Assembly (NCBI GenBank): GCA_038882975.1
Contig: JAVZNE010000001.1
Span: 32,001 to 96,000 of the forward strand
Direction of reading: 5' to 3'
Length of the DNA: 64,000 nucleotides
Origin: Candidatus Bathyarchaeia archaeon
Lineage (GTDB): Archaea > Thermoproteota > Bathyarchaeia > Bathyarchaeales > Bathycorpusculaceae
Shown here in pieces: positions 48,140 to 57,660 of the stretch. The notes under the pieces were generated by a model. It was not told the DNA's origin, did not search any database, and saw nothing but the letters and a program-made list of their open reading frames with translations. The translations under genes and the position numbers were made by a program. Positions within the stretch are counted from its first letter, which is position 1. Each line of letters starts with the position of its first letter.

Positions 48140-49057
48140 TTACGCTTTTCCAGAACTCCCAAAGAGGCGCATCTTCGCCTTAACAACCTCTTTCATGGCT
48201 TCTTTCGCCGGTCCCAAAATTTTTCTGGGGTCGAACTCTTTCGGCGAGGTCGCCAAGATTTCACGGACTGTTGCTGTAAAAGCCAGTCTTAAGTCTGTGT
48301 CTATGTTTATTTTTGTTATTCCAAGCGAAATTGCATTTTTGATGTGTTCTTCCGGTATGCCCTTTGCTCCGGTGAGTTCTGCACCATATTTTGTGGCTTT
48401 CTCAATTATCCATTGTGGGACACTTGAGGCGCCATGCAGCACCAGCGGCACTTCCACCTTTTCGCGTATCTGCCTTAATCTTTCGAAGTCTAGTTGGGGT
48501 TCGCCCTTAAACTTGTAGGCGCCATGCGAAGTGCCTATGGAAACAGCTAATGCATCCACATTTGTGCGTTTTACGAATTCTTCGGCTTCCCTCGGGTCTG
48601 TTAGGACAGCTTCCCTTTCCTCAACTGTTTTCTCTTCCACGCCAGCGAGCCTTCCAAGTTCCCCTTCAACTGAAACGCTCTTTTGATGGGCTATGTCCAC
48701 AACACGCTTTGTCAAGGCGATGTTTTCTTCAAAGGGCATGCGGGAGCCGTCAATCATTACGGATGTGAAGCCCGCTTCCAAGCATTTTTTAACAGTTTCT
48801 ACATCTTCTCCGTGGTCAAGATGCAGTGACATGGGCACCGGCAAGATTTCAGCGGCGGTTTTGACAAGCCTTGCTAAATAGTTTAGTCCGCCATATTTTA
48901 TGGCGCCTGGGGTTACAGCCACAATTACTGGCGACTTTTCTTCTACAGCGGCTTCCACAACCGCCAGTAGGCTCTCAAGGTTCTGGATGTTGAAGGCTCC
49001 GACCGCATAGGTTTCCCTTTGGGCCCTTCTTAATAACTCTTTGTTTGTTATAAGCAT
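48140..49057 (-). CDS. fba: Class II fructose-1,6-bisphosphate aldolase
   Basis: AVGAFN, HLDHG, SVMIDGS, EGELG, GTSHG.YK, LVLHG, KINIDTD. Confidence 0.95.
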   Translation of the reverse strand: MLITNKELLRRAQRETYAVGAFNIQNLESLLAVVEAAVEEKSPVIVAVTPGAIKYGGLNYLARLVKTAAEILPVPMSLHLDHGEDVETVKKCLEAGFTSVMIDGSRMPFEENIALTKRVVDIAHQKSVSVEGELGRLAGVEEKTVEEREAVLTDPREAEEFVKRTNVDALAVSIGTSHGAYKFKGEPQLDFERLRQIREKVEVPLVLHGASSVPQWIIEKATKYGAELTGAKGIPEEHIKNAISLGITKINIDTDLRLAFTATVREILATSPKEFDPRKILGPAKEAMKEVVKAKMRLFGSSGKA

Positions 49058-49232
49058 TTGATTTCACTGCCAGTGATATTTTGTATCCGTAGAATATAAA
49101 GCATTTACAGATTTTTAGGCTGGATTTGGCGTATTTAGCCGAAATCAATATTCAAAACATTGTTCCATCTTCGAAGCAGACGGTGGGAAAAGTTTATTCT
49201 ACCACAAACGCATTTTAAGGCTTGAAACCCCA

Positions 49233-50081
49233 TTGAAGCTTGGTGATAAGTTGGGCGAAGGCGGCTTTAAGGCTGGCTTAATTCATCTAGCTCCCGTGTT
49301 GGTAAGTGTATCCGTTGGAATTTTGTGCGCCTATGTCCTATTTACTTCTCCTATTGAACTTTACAGTGTCACCCCGTTTTCAGAAGATCCAGCTGGCTCC
49401 ATTGGAAACGCCGTATACTTCGTTGTTTTGGTCGGAGCTGGTGCCACAATTTTGTTTGTCCTCTTTAAGAGGAAAAGGAATAGGCTTATTGCCATTGTTG
49501 TTGGTTTCTCTTTAACCACAGCTGCTTTTCTTCTATCATTTGTTTACTTTTCAGCCGCCTTTGGGCTTCTTGGTTTCTCGTTCATTGAAATTCTCGTTCC
49601 CACATCAGCCCTTCTAACAGTGACTGTTTACTATGTCGTTTTTAAGACTCGCAGCAGGGTTAGTGATTTTATTGTGCTTTTGTTAGGTGGTGCCCTTGGA
49701 GCTTTCTTAGGGGCTTGTGTTCCAACTTTAAGCGCTGTTCTTATCTTGTGCTTTTTGGCTGTTTATGATGCTTTTGCTGTTTATCGTGGACCAGTGGGCA
49801 AGATTGCCCGTGAGGGGTTGGAAAAGTTTAGGGGCTTAAGCTTCACTTTTAGGGATATTCACATGGGGCTTGGCGACTTAACCTTCTATTCCATGCTTGC
49901 CGGACATATGCTCATCTATTTTGGCTTACTGCCTTGTCTGGCTTCTGTGACCGGCATTTTGTTGGGCTGCTTTTTGGCTTTCAAAATGCTCGAGAAGGGT
50001 GGCGTTTTTCCAGGACTGCCCTTCCCAATAGCTTTTGGTCTAGTTTTTGGCTTTCTCGCTTTTTATTTTCTTAGTGGATGA
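49233..50081 (+). CDS. Presenilin-family (A22) intramembrane aspartyl protease
   Basis: Multi-TM with YD, GLGD and PGLP (PAL-like) motifs. Confidence 0.88.
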   Translation: MKLGDKLGEGGFKAGLIHLAPVLVSVSVGILCAYVLFTSPIELYSVTPFSEDPAGSIGNAVYFVVLVGAGATILFVLFKRKRNRLIAIVVGFSLTTAAFLLSFVYFSAAFGLLGFSFIEILVPTSALLTVTVYYVVFKTRSRVSDFIVLLLGGALGAFLGACVPTLSAVLILCFLAVYDAFAVYRGPVGKIAREGLEKFRGLSFTFRDIHMGLGDLTFYSMLAGHMLIYFGLLPCLASVTGILLGCFLAFKMLEKGGVFPGLPFPIAFGLVFGFLAFYFLSG

Positions 50082-50091
50082 GGGTTCGAGT

Positions 50092-50268
50092 TTATTGAAC
50101 TAGCACTAGGCGTGTTGTATTCACGTCCACTTCCACTATTTTGCAGTTTTTGAACTCTTTTGTTTGTCCGGAAACATCCTTCAGTATTATTTTTCCACTT
50201 TCAGCTTTCGCGTAGACAACGTCGTTCCAAACTTCCTTTCCATTTAGGATAACCTTAAATTCACACAT
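50092..50268 (-). CDS. cooT: CooT-family nickel-binding protein (58 aa, not in ORF track)
   Basis: MCEFKVILNGKEVWNDVVYAKAESGKIILKDVSGQTKEFKNCKIVEVDVNTTRLVLVQ*; MC start, DV, D..G, I.EVD pattern; near the CODH/ACS operon. Confidence 0.85.
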   Translation of the reverse strand: MCEFKVILNGKEVWNDVVYAKAESGKIILKDVSGQTKEFKNCKIVEVDVNTTRLVLVQ

Positions 50269-50402
50269 GCTTTTTCGCCTTTACGTGTTGAGGCTAGTTT
50301 TGTTTTGCTATATTTTTTGCGGTTCGATTTACTGATTTTTGATATGGATTTTGGGTTCATAACCCTAATTATGTCTGTAATGTAAAGGCTTAAGGGTGGT
50401 GT

Positions 50403-50726
50403 GTGGGGAATTTGACTTTGTGGCATGAAATCGAAGACCTTCAAAAGAAAAAAGCAGAGCTGGAATTTCAGCTTCATTCGCTGGAAGAGAAGGAGAAAAC
50501 CCTAGAGGAAAGGGCACGACTGCTGGAGGAAAAGCTAGCCATAAAAGAGCTGGAGCAAAGGGTTAGGATTAAAACCGAAAGCATTGAAAAACTTGAGTCC
50601 CGCATAAGTGATCTTGAGCATAGGCTCGGCATATCCACAAACATTATGGCTACTCCAGAGCCAGAAACAGCGAAAGTTCAGCAAAGCGAAAACAGCTTTA
50701 ATCTTAGGAAACTCTTCGGCGAATAG
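50403..50726 (+). CDS. Coiled-coil protein with C-terminal amphipathic tip
   Basis: About 70 aa of L/E/K heptads; ends in FNLRKLFGE. Confidence 0.7.
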   Translation: MGNLTLWHEIEDLQKKKAELEFQLHSLEEKEKTLEERARLLEEKLAIKELEQRVRIKTESIEKLESRISDLEHRLGISTNIMATPEPETAKVQQSENSFNLRKLFGE

Positions 50727-50845
50727 CAAGCGTTTAAAGGCTTTACTGGAAATGCAGAAAATGATTAAACGAGTTTAGATAACTGACTTTATAGCTCTAG
50801 CTCTTTTGCCCTTATAAGGCGTTTAATGTATGTACCAATTTTTTG

Positions 50846-52507
50846 TTAGTATTTAGAGATTACTCGACAAGGGCGTCGCCCTTCAATTATAACAACAATA
50901 TAATATTCTATTACATCTAAAGTATAATATGGCCCTTTGATTGTTATTGGAGGAGTGATTTTGACAAGTCCATCGATGTATTTATTATCCGTTACGTCTA
51001 CTTCTTCGGTTACCTGTGCAACTTCTGCACTGATTTTATATTTGCCAATGGCAAAATTTGTCGTATTCCAAATGTAAGTGAGAGTCGTAGAGTTGCCACT
51101 CACAAGAGTTGCCACTTTTACACCGATTATAGTTGCATTGGCGTATATTGCAACGCTGACGTTCTCATCGTAGTCGCCTTGATTTTGAATTGTAACGTTA
51201 ACTGTAACAATATCGCCCTGCACAACTTTTCGTTTAGAAGTTTTTAGATCAGTGATAGCTATGTCGTGAACTTTGAATCGTACAAGGCAAAAATTGCTTT
51301 CTTCTTCATTCTCAATCGTATAACCTGCAACTATATAACCTCCGTTAGGAGCTAACTCAACATCAACAGCTGTCGCGTTCAGATCATATGTCACACTCCA
51401 CTGTATGGCTCCACACGAATCAATTTTAATAATGCCAAAGTCCTCAGAAACAACGCCGCAGAGGATGTATCCTCCGTCAACTGTTGTCTCGATATCCAAC
51501 GCGCACAGCGCAATCCCTACGTACGTTTTATTCCATTCTTGATTTCCATACGGGTCATATTTAACAACACAAAATGTGTTTCTTGGGAGAGGTGCTGATC
51601 CGACAGCTACATACCCTCCATCAGAACTGATAGTCACACCAAAACCCTTTAACATCATAGGAAAGTATTCCATCAGACCAAAAAGTTTTTCCCACACCAT
51701 ATTTCCCTCCGAATCAGTTTTTATAATTCGCATCCATTGAATGGTCGCACCATCATAAGCAACCCCCACAAGAACAAATCCTCCGTCCGGAGTTATTTCC
51801 ACATCATATGCAACATCAATATCTGGGCGACTGAAAGTTTTATTCCATAATAGGTTTCCATTTGCATCAATCCTTAAAAGCCAAAAATCTGAGGCCCAAG
51901 GGAAAGGATTTTTAGTAGAACCAGCGAGTATATACCCTCCTTGAGGAAGAGATTCGATGTCGTATACCGCATTAAATAGGGATGTCCCATACGTCTTATT
52001 CCACTGTTCATTCCCATTTTCGTCTATTTTAACAATCCAGGCGTCGTAATCACCAGCTCCTGATGAGTTTGTGACACCTGCGACAATATAGCCTCCATCT
52101 ATGGGTGATGTAACATCTGAAACTGCAATCCCAAACGCCCACTCATCACCCGATCCGCCATAAGTCCGGTTCCATAACTGCCTTCCATTTATATCCGTCT
52201 TAACCACCCAAAAATTGTAGAGACCTCCTAAGGGGCCGGTACTTCCTGCAATTATGTATCCTCCATCAGGAGTCTTCTCAACATCATCCGCCCAATCACA
52301 ATACGCCCCTCCATAAGTTCGGATCCAATTTTCCGAATCTTCAAAATAAAGGCTCCATCGTGTGGGATAGGCGTTACAAATAAGATTAAAATTGTTGTCA
52401 CATTTCCGTTCATTAGTAATAACATCTACATTTATTGAAGGGGCGCTCGAAACAATCATGCATAATAGCAAAAATATGCTCAATATTAACCTTAAATTGT
52501 ATCTCAA
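50846..52507 (-). CDS. Exported beta-propeller repeat protein with C-terminal CARDB (Ig-like) domain
   Basis: Signal peptide; ~7 repeats of DGGYxxAG..W..K.D.NG...WNKTYG; HDIAI..NQG..E..WNTT..G.Y..E.D..DN. Confidence 0.85.
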   Translation of the reverse strand: MRYNLRLILSIFLLLCMIVSSAPSINVDVITNERKCDNNFNLICNAYPTRWSLYFEDSENWIRTYGGAYCDWADDVEKTPDGGYIIAGSTGPLGGLYNFWVVKTDINGRQLWNRTYGGSGDEWAFGIAVSDVTSPIDGGYIVAGVTNSSGAGDYDAWIVKIDENGNEQWNKTYGTSLFNAVYDIESLPQGGYILAGSTKNPFPWASDFWLLRIDANGNLLWNKTFSRPDIDVAYDVEITPDGGFVLVGVAYDGATIQWMRIIKTDSEGNMVWEKLFGLMEYFPMMLKGFGVTISSDGGYVAVGSAPLPRNTFCVVKYDPYGNQEWNKTYVGIALCALDIETTVDGGYILCGVVSEDFGIIKIDSCGAIQWSVTYDLNATAVDVELAPNGGYIVAGYTIENEEESNFCLVRFKVHDIAITDLKTSKRKVVQGDIVTVNVTIQNQGDYDENVSVAIYANATIIGVKVATLVSGNSTTLTYIWNTTNFAIGKYKISAEVAQVTEEVDVTDNKYIDGLVKITPPITIKGPYYTLDVIEYYIVVIIEGRRPCRVISKY

Positions 52508-52646
52508 ATTTACTCACCAGTTCCTTAAAATTTTTTACAAGTTTATTTATTTTTAAGTTTAACGCAAACCTTGAAAAGGAAACGCTTTGGATAAAATAGT
52601 TATAATCTTAAAAGAGGTTATTACTTTATTGTAGAGCGAAGCTAAG

Positions 52647-53135
52647 ATGAATCTAATGACTGTTAAAGATAAGTCCTGCAGTTTCGCATCTGCAGATATA
52701 TTTAGCCTACTCGTTGAAACTAGCGAGAAGGAAAGGCGAAAACGCAGGGAAGAGCTTCTCGCACCCTTAAGTGTTAAGGAATTCTTTGTCAGTGGAAGCA
52801 TAACAATTGACAGGCGCACATGCAAAGGCGTGGAATGTAAACTGTGCATTAAGGCTTGCCCCACTAACGCTTTGTTCTGGAAGAGCAGCGGCGAGGTTGG
52901 CATAACGGAAGAACTGTGCATATATTGTGGCGCATGTGTGCTAAACTGTATAGTGGACGACTGCATAAAAATAACACGTAAGAGAGAGAACGGCGAAACA
53001 GAAAGGTTCAGCACGCCAAGAGCCTTCACCATGCTGGAAAACGCCATAAACGCCAAAAAACGCCACGAAAGGGTTAGGGCGATATTCCCAACAGCCACAG
53101 AATACTTGAGACTGTATAAGCCGCAAATGACGTAA
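52647..53135 (+). CDS. 2x[4Fe-4S] ferredoxin-domain protein
   Basis: CKGVECKLCIKACP and CIYCGACVLNC. Confidence 0.88.
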   Translation: MNLMTVKDKSCSFASADIFSLLVETSEKERRKRREELLAPLSVKEFFVSGSITIDRRTCKGVECKLCIKACPTNALFWKSSGEVGITEELCIYCGACVLNCIVDDCIKITRKRENGETERFSTPRAFTMLENAINAKKRHERVRAIFPTATEYLRLYKPQMT

Positions 53136-53149
53136 TTAAGCCAAAAGCC

Positions 53150-53375
53150 ATGTCAATTTTGCTAGGCTTTCAAAATGCAAAATTGATAGCCCCTCTAGAA
53201 TTTTTGGACTGGCAGGTCATATTTGTTGCCGGTTCGGCTTAACAAATACGATACCCCTCTACAGAATTTGGACGGTTGTCTTGTATCATTTTCTCATCCC
53301 TTTCTCCCTAGAATTTTGCACCAAATAGCCAAAAATCAATTATAGGAGTTAAACGGCGGAATTGATATCCTTTAC
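53150..53375 (+). repeat. Tandem cluster of degenerate dyad+CCCCTCTA elements
   Basis: Copies at 53150-53207, 53218-53272, a degenerate one at ~53298-53318 and one at 53335-53375. Confidence 0.7.
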
Positions 53376-53531
53376 AATCTTACTTAATCCTTGCGTAAAG
53401 TAGCCGTCAAAATCTCTCACTTGTGTTTATATTAATGCTTTAATTTTTCAAAAATGATTGGTGACTCCTAGTGGTTTGTCAATAAACCATCATAATGTTT
53501 TATTTAAATATCACCAGATGGAGAAGAAATA

Positions 53532-54968
53532 TTATGGGTTTTGCCATTTTTCCTGTAGGAATTTCGGAATTTCCGAAGAGTCTCTTGGTCCTACTAGGAC
53601 TTGCCATCCGCTTAGTTCTTCTATTTCTCCGCTTAGGCGTGCCGCCTTTCCCGGGATTATGAGTTTTCTGTGTTTCACCTTGTTTTCTATTCCTGAAGCC
53701 TTTATGGCTTCGGCTACTTTTTCTGCTGTTAGTTTTCGTCCGGCTACAGCGCTGTCTACGGCTATGCCTTCTGTGTCAACCACCAGCAAATAGGCGTTTA
53801 CCTTGGCGGATTCTATGTCTGAAGCCACCGTGTAGTAGGTTAGGGCGAAGTTGGTTGTGAACATTACTGGCGAGTTCTCGTCTGGAGTGCCAAAAACCTT
53901 CAAGCCTGGTTCTACGGCTACTGGTTTGCGGGGATCCGTGTAAATGTTAGCCCTTAAAACAACGTTTGGCAGGAGCGCCCATCCGTCTAGGCTGTGCATT
54001 ATGAGGATGTCGGCGAAACGCACCGTCAGCATAGCAGCCAGGTAGGCTTCTCTCCATTTTACGATTTCTGGGGCTATGCCGGCGCTTTCAAGCCAAACAG
54101 TCATGGGAACGCCCATCAATGGGAAGCCCAAAAGCTCGTCGCCTTGCTTGCAAGCCAAACGCCTAATCATGGTGAAATTATTCAACGTGTCAGCCAACCC
54201 TTCACCCGCAAAGGTGCCAGGGTCCAAAACCAAGTCTTCCACGCCGTATTCCAGAAGCGTCTTCGCCAAAGACTTCAAAAGTTTAAGGTTGTTGGGAGCA
54301 AAAACGGTCAGCGGGCAGCCGTACATTAGGGCTAGTTCAGCTATCTCCCTCCAATTATCCTTTGTGGCTGCATATAATAGTGGTCGTGCTTTTGGTGCTG
54401 CCATCAAACCAGCCTCTAAAACAGTTGGGTTCAGCGAACACAAAATCATTGGCAGTTTGGTGTTTTCAGCCACTTTCTTGACTGTTGCCTTAAACTTGTC
54501 CGGGTCGTTGGAAGTGGAACGGACGGCAATCATGTCTAGTTTTAAAATTTGTCCTATGTATTCGTAGCGGAATTCTTCAACCCGTTTGATGCGGCTTAGG
54601 ATTTCTTCTTCTGGCATTTCGTCTGTTATGTCTATGGCTATGGCTGTCGGGTTGAAGTATGTAAGCTCGTGGCGGTACATAACAAGTTTTCCGCCAATCT
54701 TAACCGCGTTTTCGCCAGTGCCAACGACAACCTCTTTTATAGCTGGTTTCAGCATCTCCTTAAGCTGTTTGTAAGCTTTCTCAAACTCCTTCTTCAAAAG
54801 TGGCGCGCATTTTTCGATGGGAACTTCGCGGTTCACAACTTTTGTGGCGAAAGCCATGCAGTTTTCTTCTCCGCACTCCTTACAGTTTGTTCGGGGTAGA
54901 AGCTTGTAAACGTCTATGGGGCTTAGTTCCTTAACGCCAATCTTGCCTTTGCCTTCCTTTCCACTCAT
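53532..54968 (-). CDS. cdhE: CODH/ACS complex gamma subunit (corrinoid Fe-S protein large subunit)
   Basis: LPxTNCxECGxxxCMAFA, YRHE, IYTDPxKP, TTNFALTY, VGPRDS. Confidence 0.96.
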   Translation of the reverse strand: MSGKEGKGKIGVKELSPIDVYKLLPRTNCKECGEENCMAFATKVVNREVPIEKCAPLLKKEFEKAYKQLKEMLKPAIKEVVVGTGENAVKIGGKLVMYRHELTYFNPTAIAIDITDEMPEEEILSRIKRVEEFRYEYIGQILKLDMIAVRSTSNDPDKFKATVKKVAENTKLPMILCSLNPTVLEAGLMAAPKARPLLYAATKDNWREIAELALMYGCPLTVFAPNNLKLLKSLAKTLLEYGVEDLVLDPGTFAGEGLADTLNNFTMIRRLACKQGDELLGFPLMGVPMTVWLESAGIAPEIVKWREAYLAAMLTVRFADILIMHSLDGWALLPNVVLRANIYTDPRKPVAVEPGLKVFGTPDENSPVMFTTNFALTYYTVASDIESAKVNAYLLVVDTEGIAVDSAVAGRKLTAEKVAEAIKASGIENKVKHRKLIIPGKAARLSGEIEELSGWQVLVGPRDSSEIPKFLQEKWQNP

Positions 54969-54991
54969 CTTCCTAAACCTCCATTAAACGC

Positions 54992-56215
54992 CTAAACTTT
55001 GGCAGCAACCCATTCCACAAGCCTATCAGCATTGCCGGACTTGCCGCCCATAAGCTGGGCTATAACATCCTTAACTGTTTTGACGGCTGCAGGGTGCATC
55101 ATCATGAAAAGGTCAACGCCAGCCAGCAGAAGCGTCAAAGCTGTAACAACCTCCCATAAGGGTCCTCGAAGCTCACGGGGCTCCCATTCCGGAGCCATTT
55201 TAAGCCAAGCCTCACGGGCTGCCCAAGCGTTAGTTGTTCCAGAAGACATGGGATGAGCCAGTTCAGGGTCGCCCATCAAAGCCGCCAGACGAGCCCTCTC
55301 CATGTTTGTAAAGGCGTAGTCTAGACCGTAGCCTAAAGCCGCCGTTGTCAAGTCCATAACGATGTCCTCTTTTGGCAGAAAATCATATAGTCGACGGTTC
55401 AACTCCCTAGCCAAGTTCAAGTCCATGGGCGTGAACGAAAGTGCCACATGCCCATTCTTTTTAACGAATTTGGCGCAACGTTCAACATCCATATCCCGAG
55501 TGATAGAGCTAATCAAGAAACGCTCGCCGGCAAAGGTTTCAGCCACCTCTTGGAAAACATCCGCATCCTTCACGGGGTCGCCGCAACCACCAATGACCAG
55601 CGGCACATCTACGGCTTGTGCAACAGCCTCAACGGTTTTAACAGCCTCTTTTGGCGAGGCATCCTTGACAAGCGGGTCAATGCTGATGAGGTGGATGGTT
55701 ATCATGTCTGCGCCGAACTTTTCAACAGCCAGTTTAGCCCAAGCCGCCGGGTCGCCCAAAACATCCTTAACATGCATTTTAACAGCCTTAGCCAAAGGCA
55801 CTTCCATGTCAAAAACGTCAAGGGATATTACCGGCGGATGGGGTGTGGGTCTCTCAAAGGTGTAGAAGGCTGGGGTGGTTTCGCCGCCAATAACCACTGT
55901 TTTGCCTCTTGTTCCGCCTTCGCTTTTTGTTGCTCCAAGCTTAACCTCAACAACCTTTCCAGGATAGGTTTCAACTGGCGGAACAAATTCAGCCTCAATT
56001 ATTTGGGTGGGTTTAGCCTTAACTGGTGGGGCAACTTTTGGCGGGGCAATCACCGGGGCTGCCACTGCGCCGGGTTGAAGCCAAATTTCTAAGTCGCCAA
56101 CCTCCATCTCGAAGTCTTCAAGCTCAATTTCTTGAAGCTTTGCCAGAAGCTCCAGCAGCCGAGAGTTCAGCTTTAACCCTAAAACGCTTTCGTCCTTTTC
56201 CCTCTTTTCAGCCAA
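54992..56215 (-). CDS. cdhD: CODH/ACS complex delta subunit (corrinoid Fe-S protein small subunit)
   Basis: GGTR, DVFD, AALGYGLDY, NAWxAREAW, MMMHP. Confidence 0.96.
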   Translation of the reverse strand: MAEKREKDESVLGLKLNSRLLELLAKLQEIELEDFEMEVGDLEIWLQPGAVAAPVIAPPKVAPPVKAKPTQIIEAEFVPPVETYPGKVVEVKLGATKSEGGTRGKTVVIGGETTPAFYTFERPTPHPPVISLDVFDMEVPLAKAVKMHVKDVLGDPAAWAKLAVEKFGADMITIHLISIDPLVKDASPKEAVKTVEAVAQAVDVPLVIGGCGDPVKDADVFQEVAETFAGERFLISSITRDMDVERCAKFVKKNGHVALSFTPMDLNLARELNRRLYDFLPKEDIVMDLTTAALGYGLDYAFTNMERARLAALMGDPELAHPMSSGTTNAWAAREAWLKMAPEWEPRELRGPLWEVVTALTLLLAGVDLFMMMHPAAVKTVKDVIAQLMGGKSGNADRLVEWVAAKV

Positions 56216-56221
56216 GCGTTT

Positions 56222-57643
56222 TCACCTTTTCTCTGCTTTCTCGCCCTTAACAGAGCGAATTATGACGCGTTTGGCGTAGATTTTTGCATCCTTGAGTATG
56301 ATTTTGTATCCGCCTGCAGTTATTGGCAGAGTAGCCGCAGTGATTGTTGGCACCATGGCTGGTGCAGCTTCTTCCCGCGTTTCAGCTTCTGCTGGAACAG
56401 CTTCTGGAACGGCTACAACTTCCTCTTTCCAGCGCTCAACAACTGGGTGATTGCGCTCCCTGAGAAAAGTCTTCAGCTCATCGATGGTTTTGGCATCTTC
56501 TTCTGTGGCGATTTTGTCCATAAGCTCTAGTGGAATAAAGTTCTTAACGCGTTCTTTCACTTCTTTCGGCATCCATACGACACGTTGGTAGCCGCCGTCA
56601 GCTTGCAGAAACTTTGGAGAACGCATGTACTCGATGGATATGCCGTGGAAACCATCCACTTGCCGTCCGCCAGCCGTTGAATCCGCCAAAGTGGAGAAGG
56701 CTAAACCGTTCACGGTTACCTCCCTATAGCCTCTGTGCACTATGCCGAAACCGTCCACTTCTGGGATGTAGAAGGCGACACCCTCAAAGCAGCCACAAGA
56801 AGTGTGCGGATAGCCGAAAGCTGTGTAAAGCCAAACACGGTTTATCTCACCTAAGGTTCGCTTTTTAACAGCTTCATTCACGCCTGAATACTCGCCCCTA
56901 ACTGGGTCTAACAGCTCGCCTCTGTTAATTTCGAATATGGGGCCCTTGGGGTCTATGTTGGCTGAAGCCCTGGCGTCAAACCAGCTTATAGCGCCACAGT
57001 TGGAATAGCGCTGGGGCGTTATCACACAGCAGTGGGTCGGCGCGAAAGACTGGCATAAGATACAGCCGTAAAACTTGTCTACTTCCTCGTCCTTAAGCCC
57101 CCTAGCTCGGGCATCTCTTGCCTCGTAAATCTGCAGTGCTTGGGGATAAAGCTCCTTTACTTTCTCGGCGTCGGTTATGAAGGTTACTTGCATTTTCTCG
57201 ATTATTGGGAGTTCGCTCTTAAACAGCCTATGCAAGACCTTGCCAATATATTGAAAGGAGTTTAAGCCCTTCTGGTAGGACTTCTTGCTCAATCGTAGCC
57301 AAATGTCGTAGCGCTGGTTTAGATGCATAAAACCCTCAATATAGTTGCAGTAGGCGTGAATACGCCTCTCAATAACGCCTTCCAGCTCTGGCTCAAGTTT
57401 GGCACCAGTCACTTCGATAAGAATGCCAAACGGGTAGGTTTTGCCCTCCTCCATGTCCTTAATGTCCGGTCCGATGATGGTTATTTTTCCGTCTTCAACT
57501 TCCTCTGGCTTTTTGACTCTTGCTAATTCGAATTTTTCTTTGACATCCGGTCCGCCGAGCTCCACATACATTTCCTTTCTTCGGATGCGTTCGCCCTCGT
57601 AGATTACGCCCACGTCGACGGGTATGTCCTGAAACATGCTCAT
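56222..57643 (-). CDS. cdhC: CODH/ACS complex beta subunit (acetyl-CoA synthase)
   Basis: YEGERIR, FYGCxLCQSFAP, PHTSCGCFE. Confidence 0.96.
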   Translation of the reverse strand: MSMFQDIPVDVGVIYEGERIRRKEMYVELGGPDVKEKFELARVKKPEEVEDGKITIIGPDIKDMEEGKTYPFGILIEVTGAKLEPELEGVIERRIHAYCNYIEGFMHLNQRYDIWLRLSKKSYQKGLNSFQYIGKVLHRLFKSELPIIEKMQVTFITDAEKVKELYPQALQIYEARDARARGLKDEEVDKFYGCILCQSFAPTHCCVITPQRYSNCGAISWFDARASANIDPKGPIFEINRGELLDPVRGEYSGVNEAVKKRTLGEINRVWLYTAFGYPHTSCGCFEGVAFYIPEVDGFGIVHRGYREVTVNGLAFSTLADSTAGGRQVDGFHGISIEYMRSPKFLQADGGYQRVVWMPKEVKERVKNFIPLELMDKIATEEDAKTIDELKTFLRERNHPVVERWKEEVVAVPEAVPAEAETREEAAPAMVPTITAATLPITAGGYKIILKDAKIYAKRVIIRSVKGEKAEKR

Positions 57644-57660
57644 TTTCTATTTCGCCTCCT

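Noticed and set aside
53150-53375. CRISPR array interpretation of the spaced repeats
   Set aside because: Repeats are too degenerate, spacing is irregular, and there are no cas genes in the window
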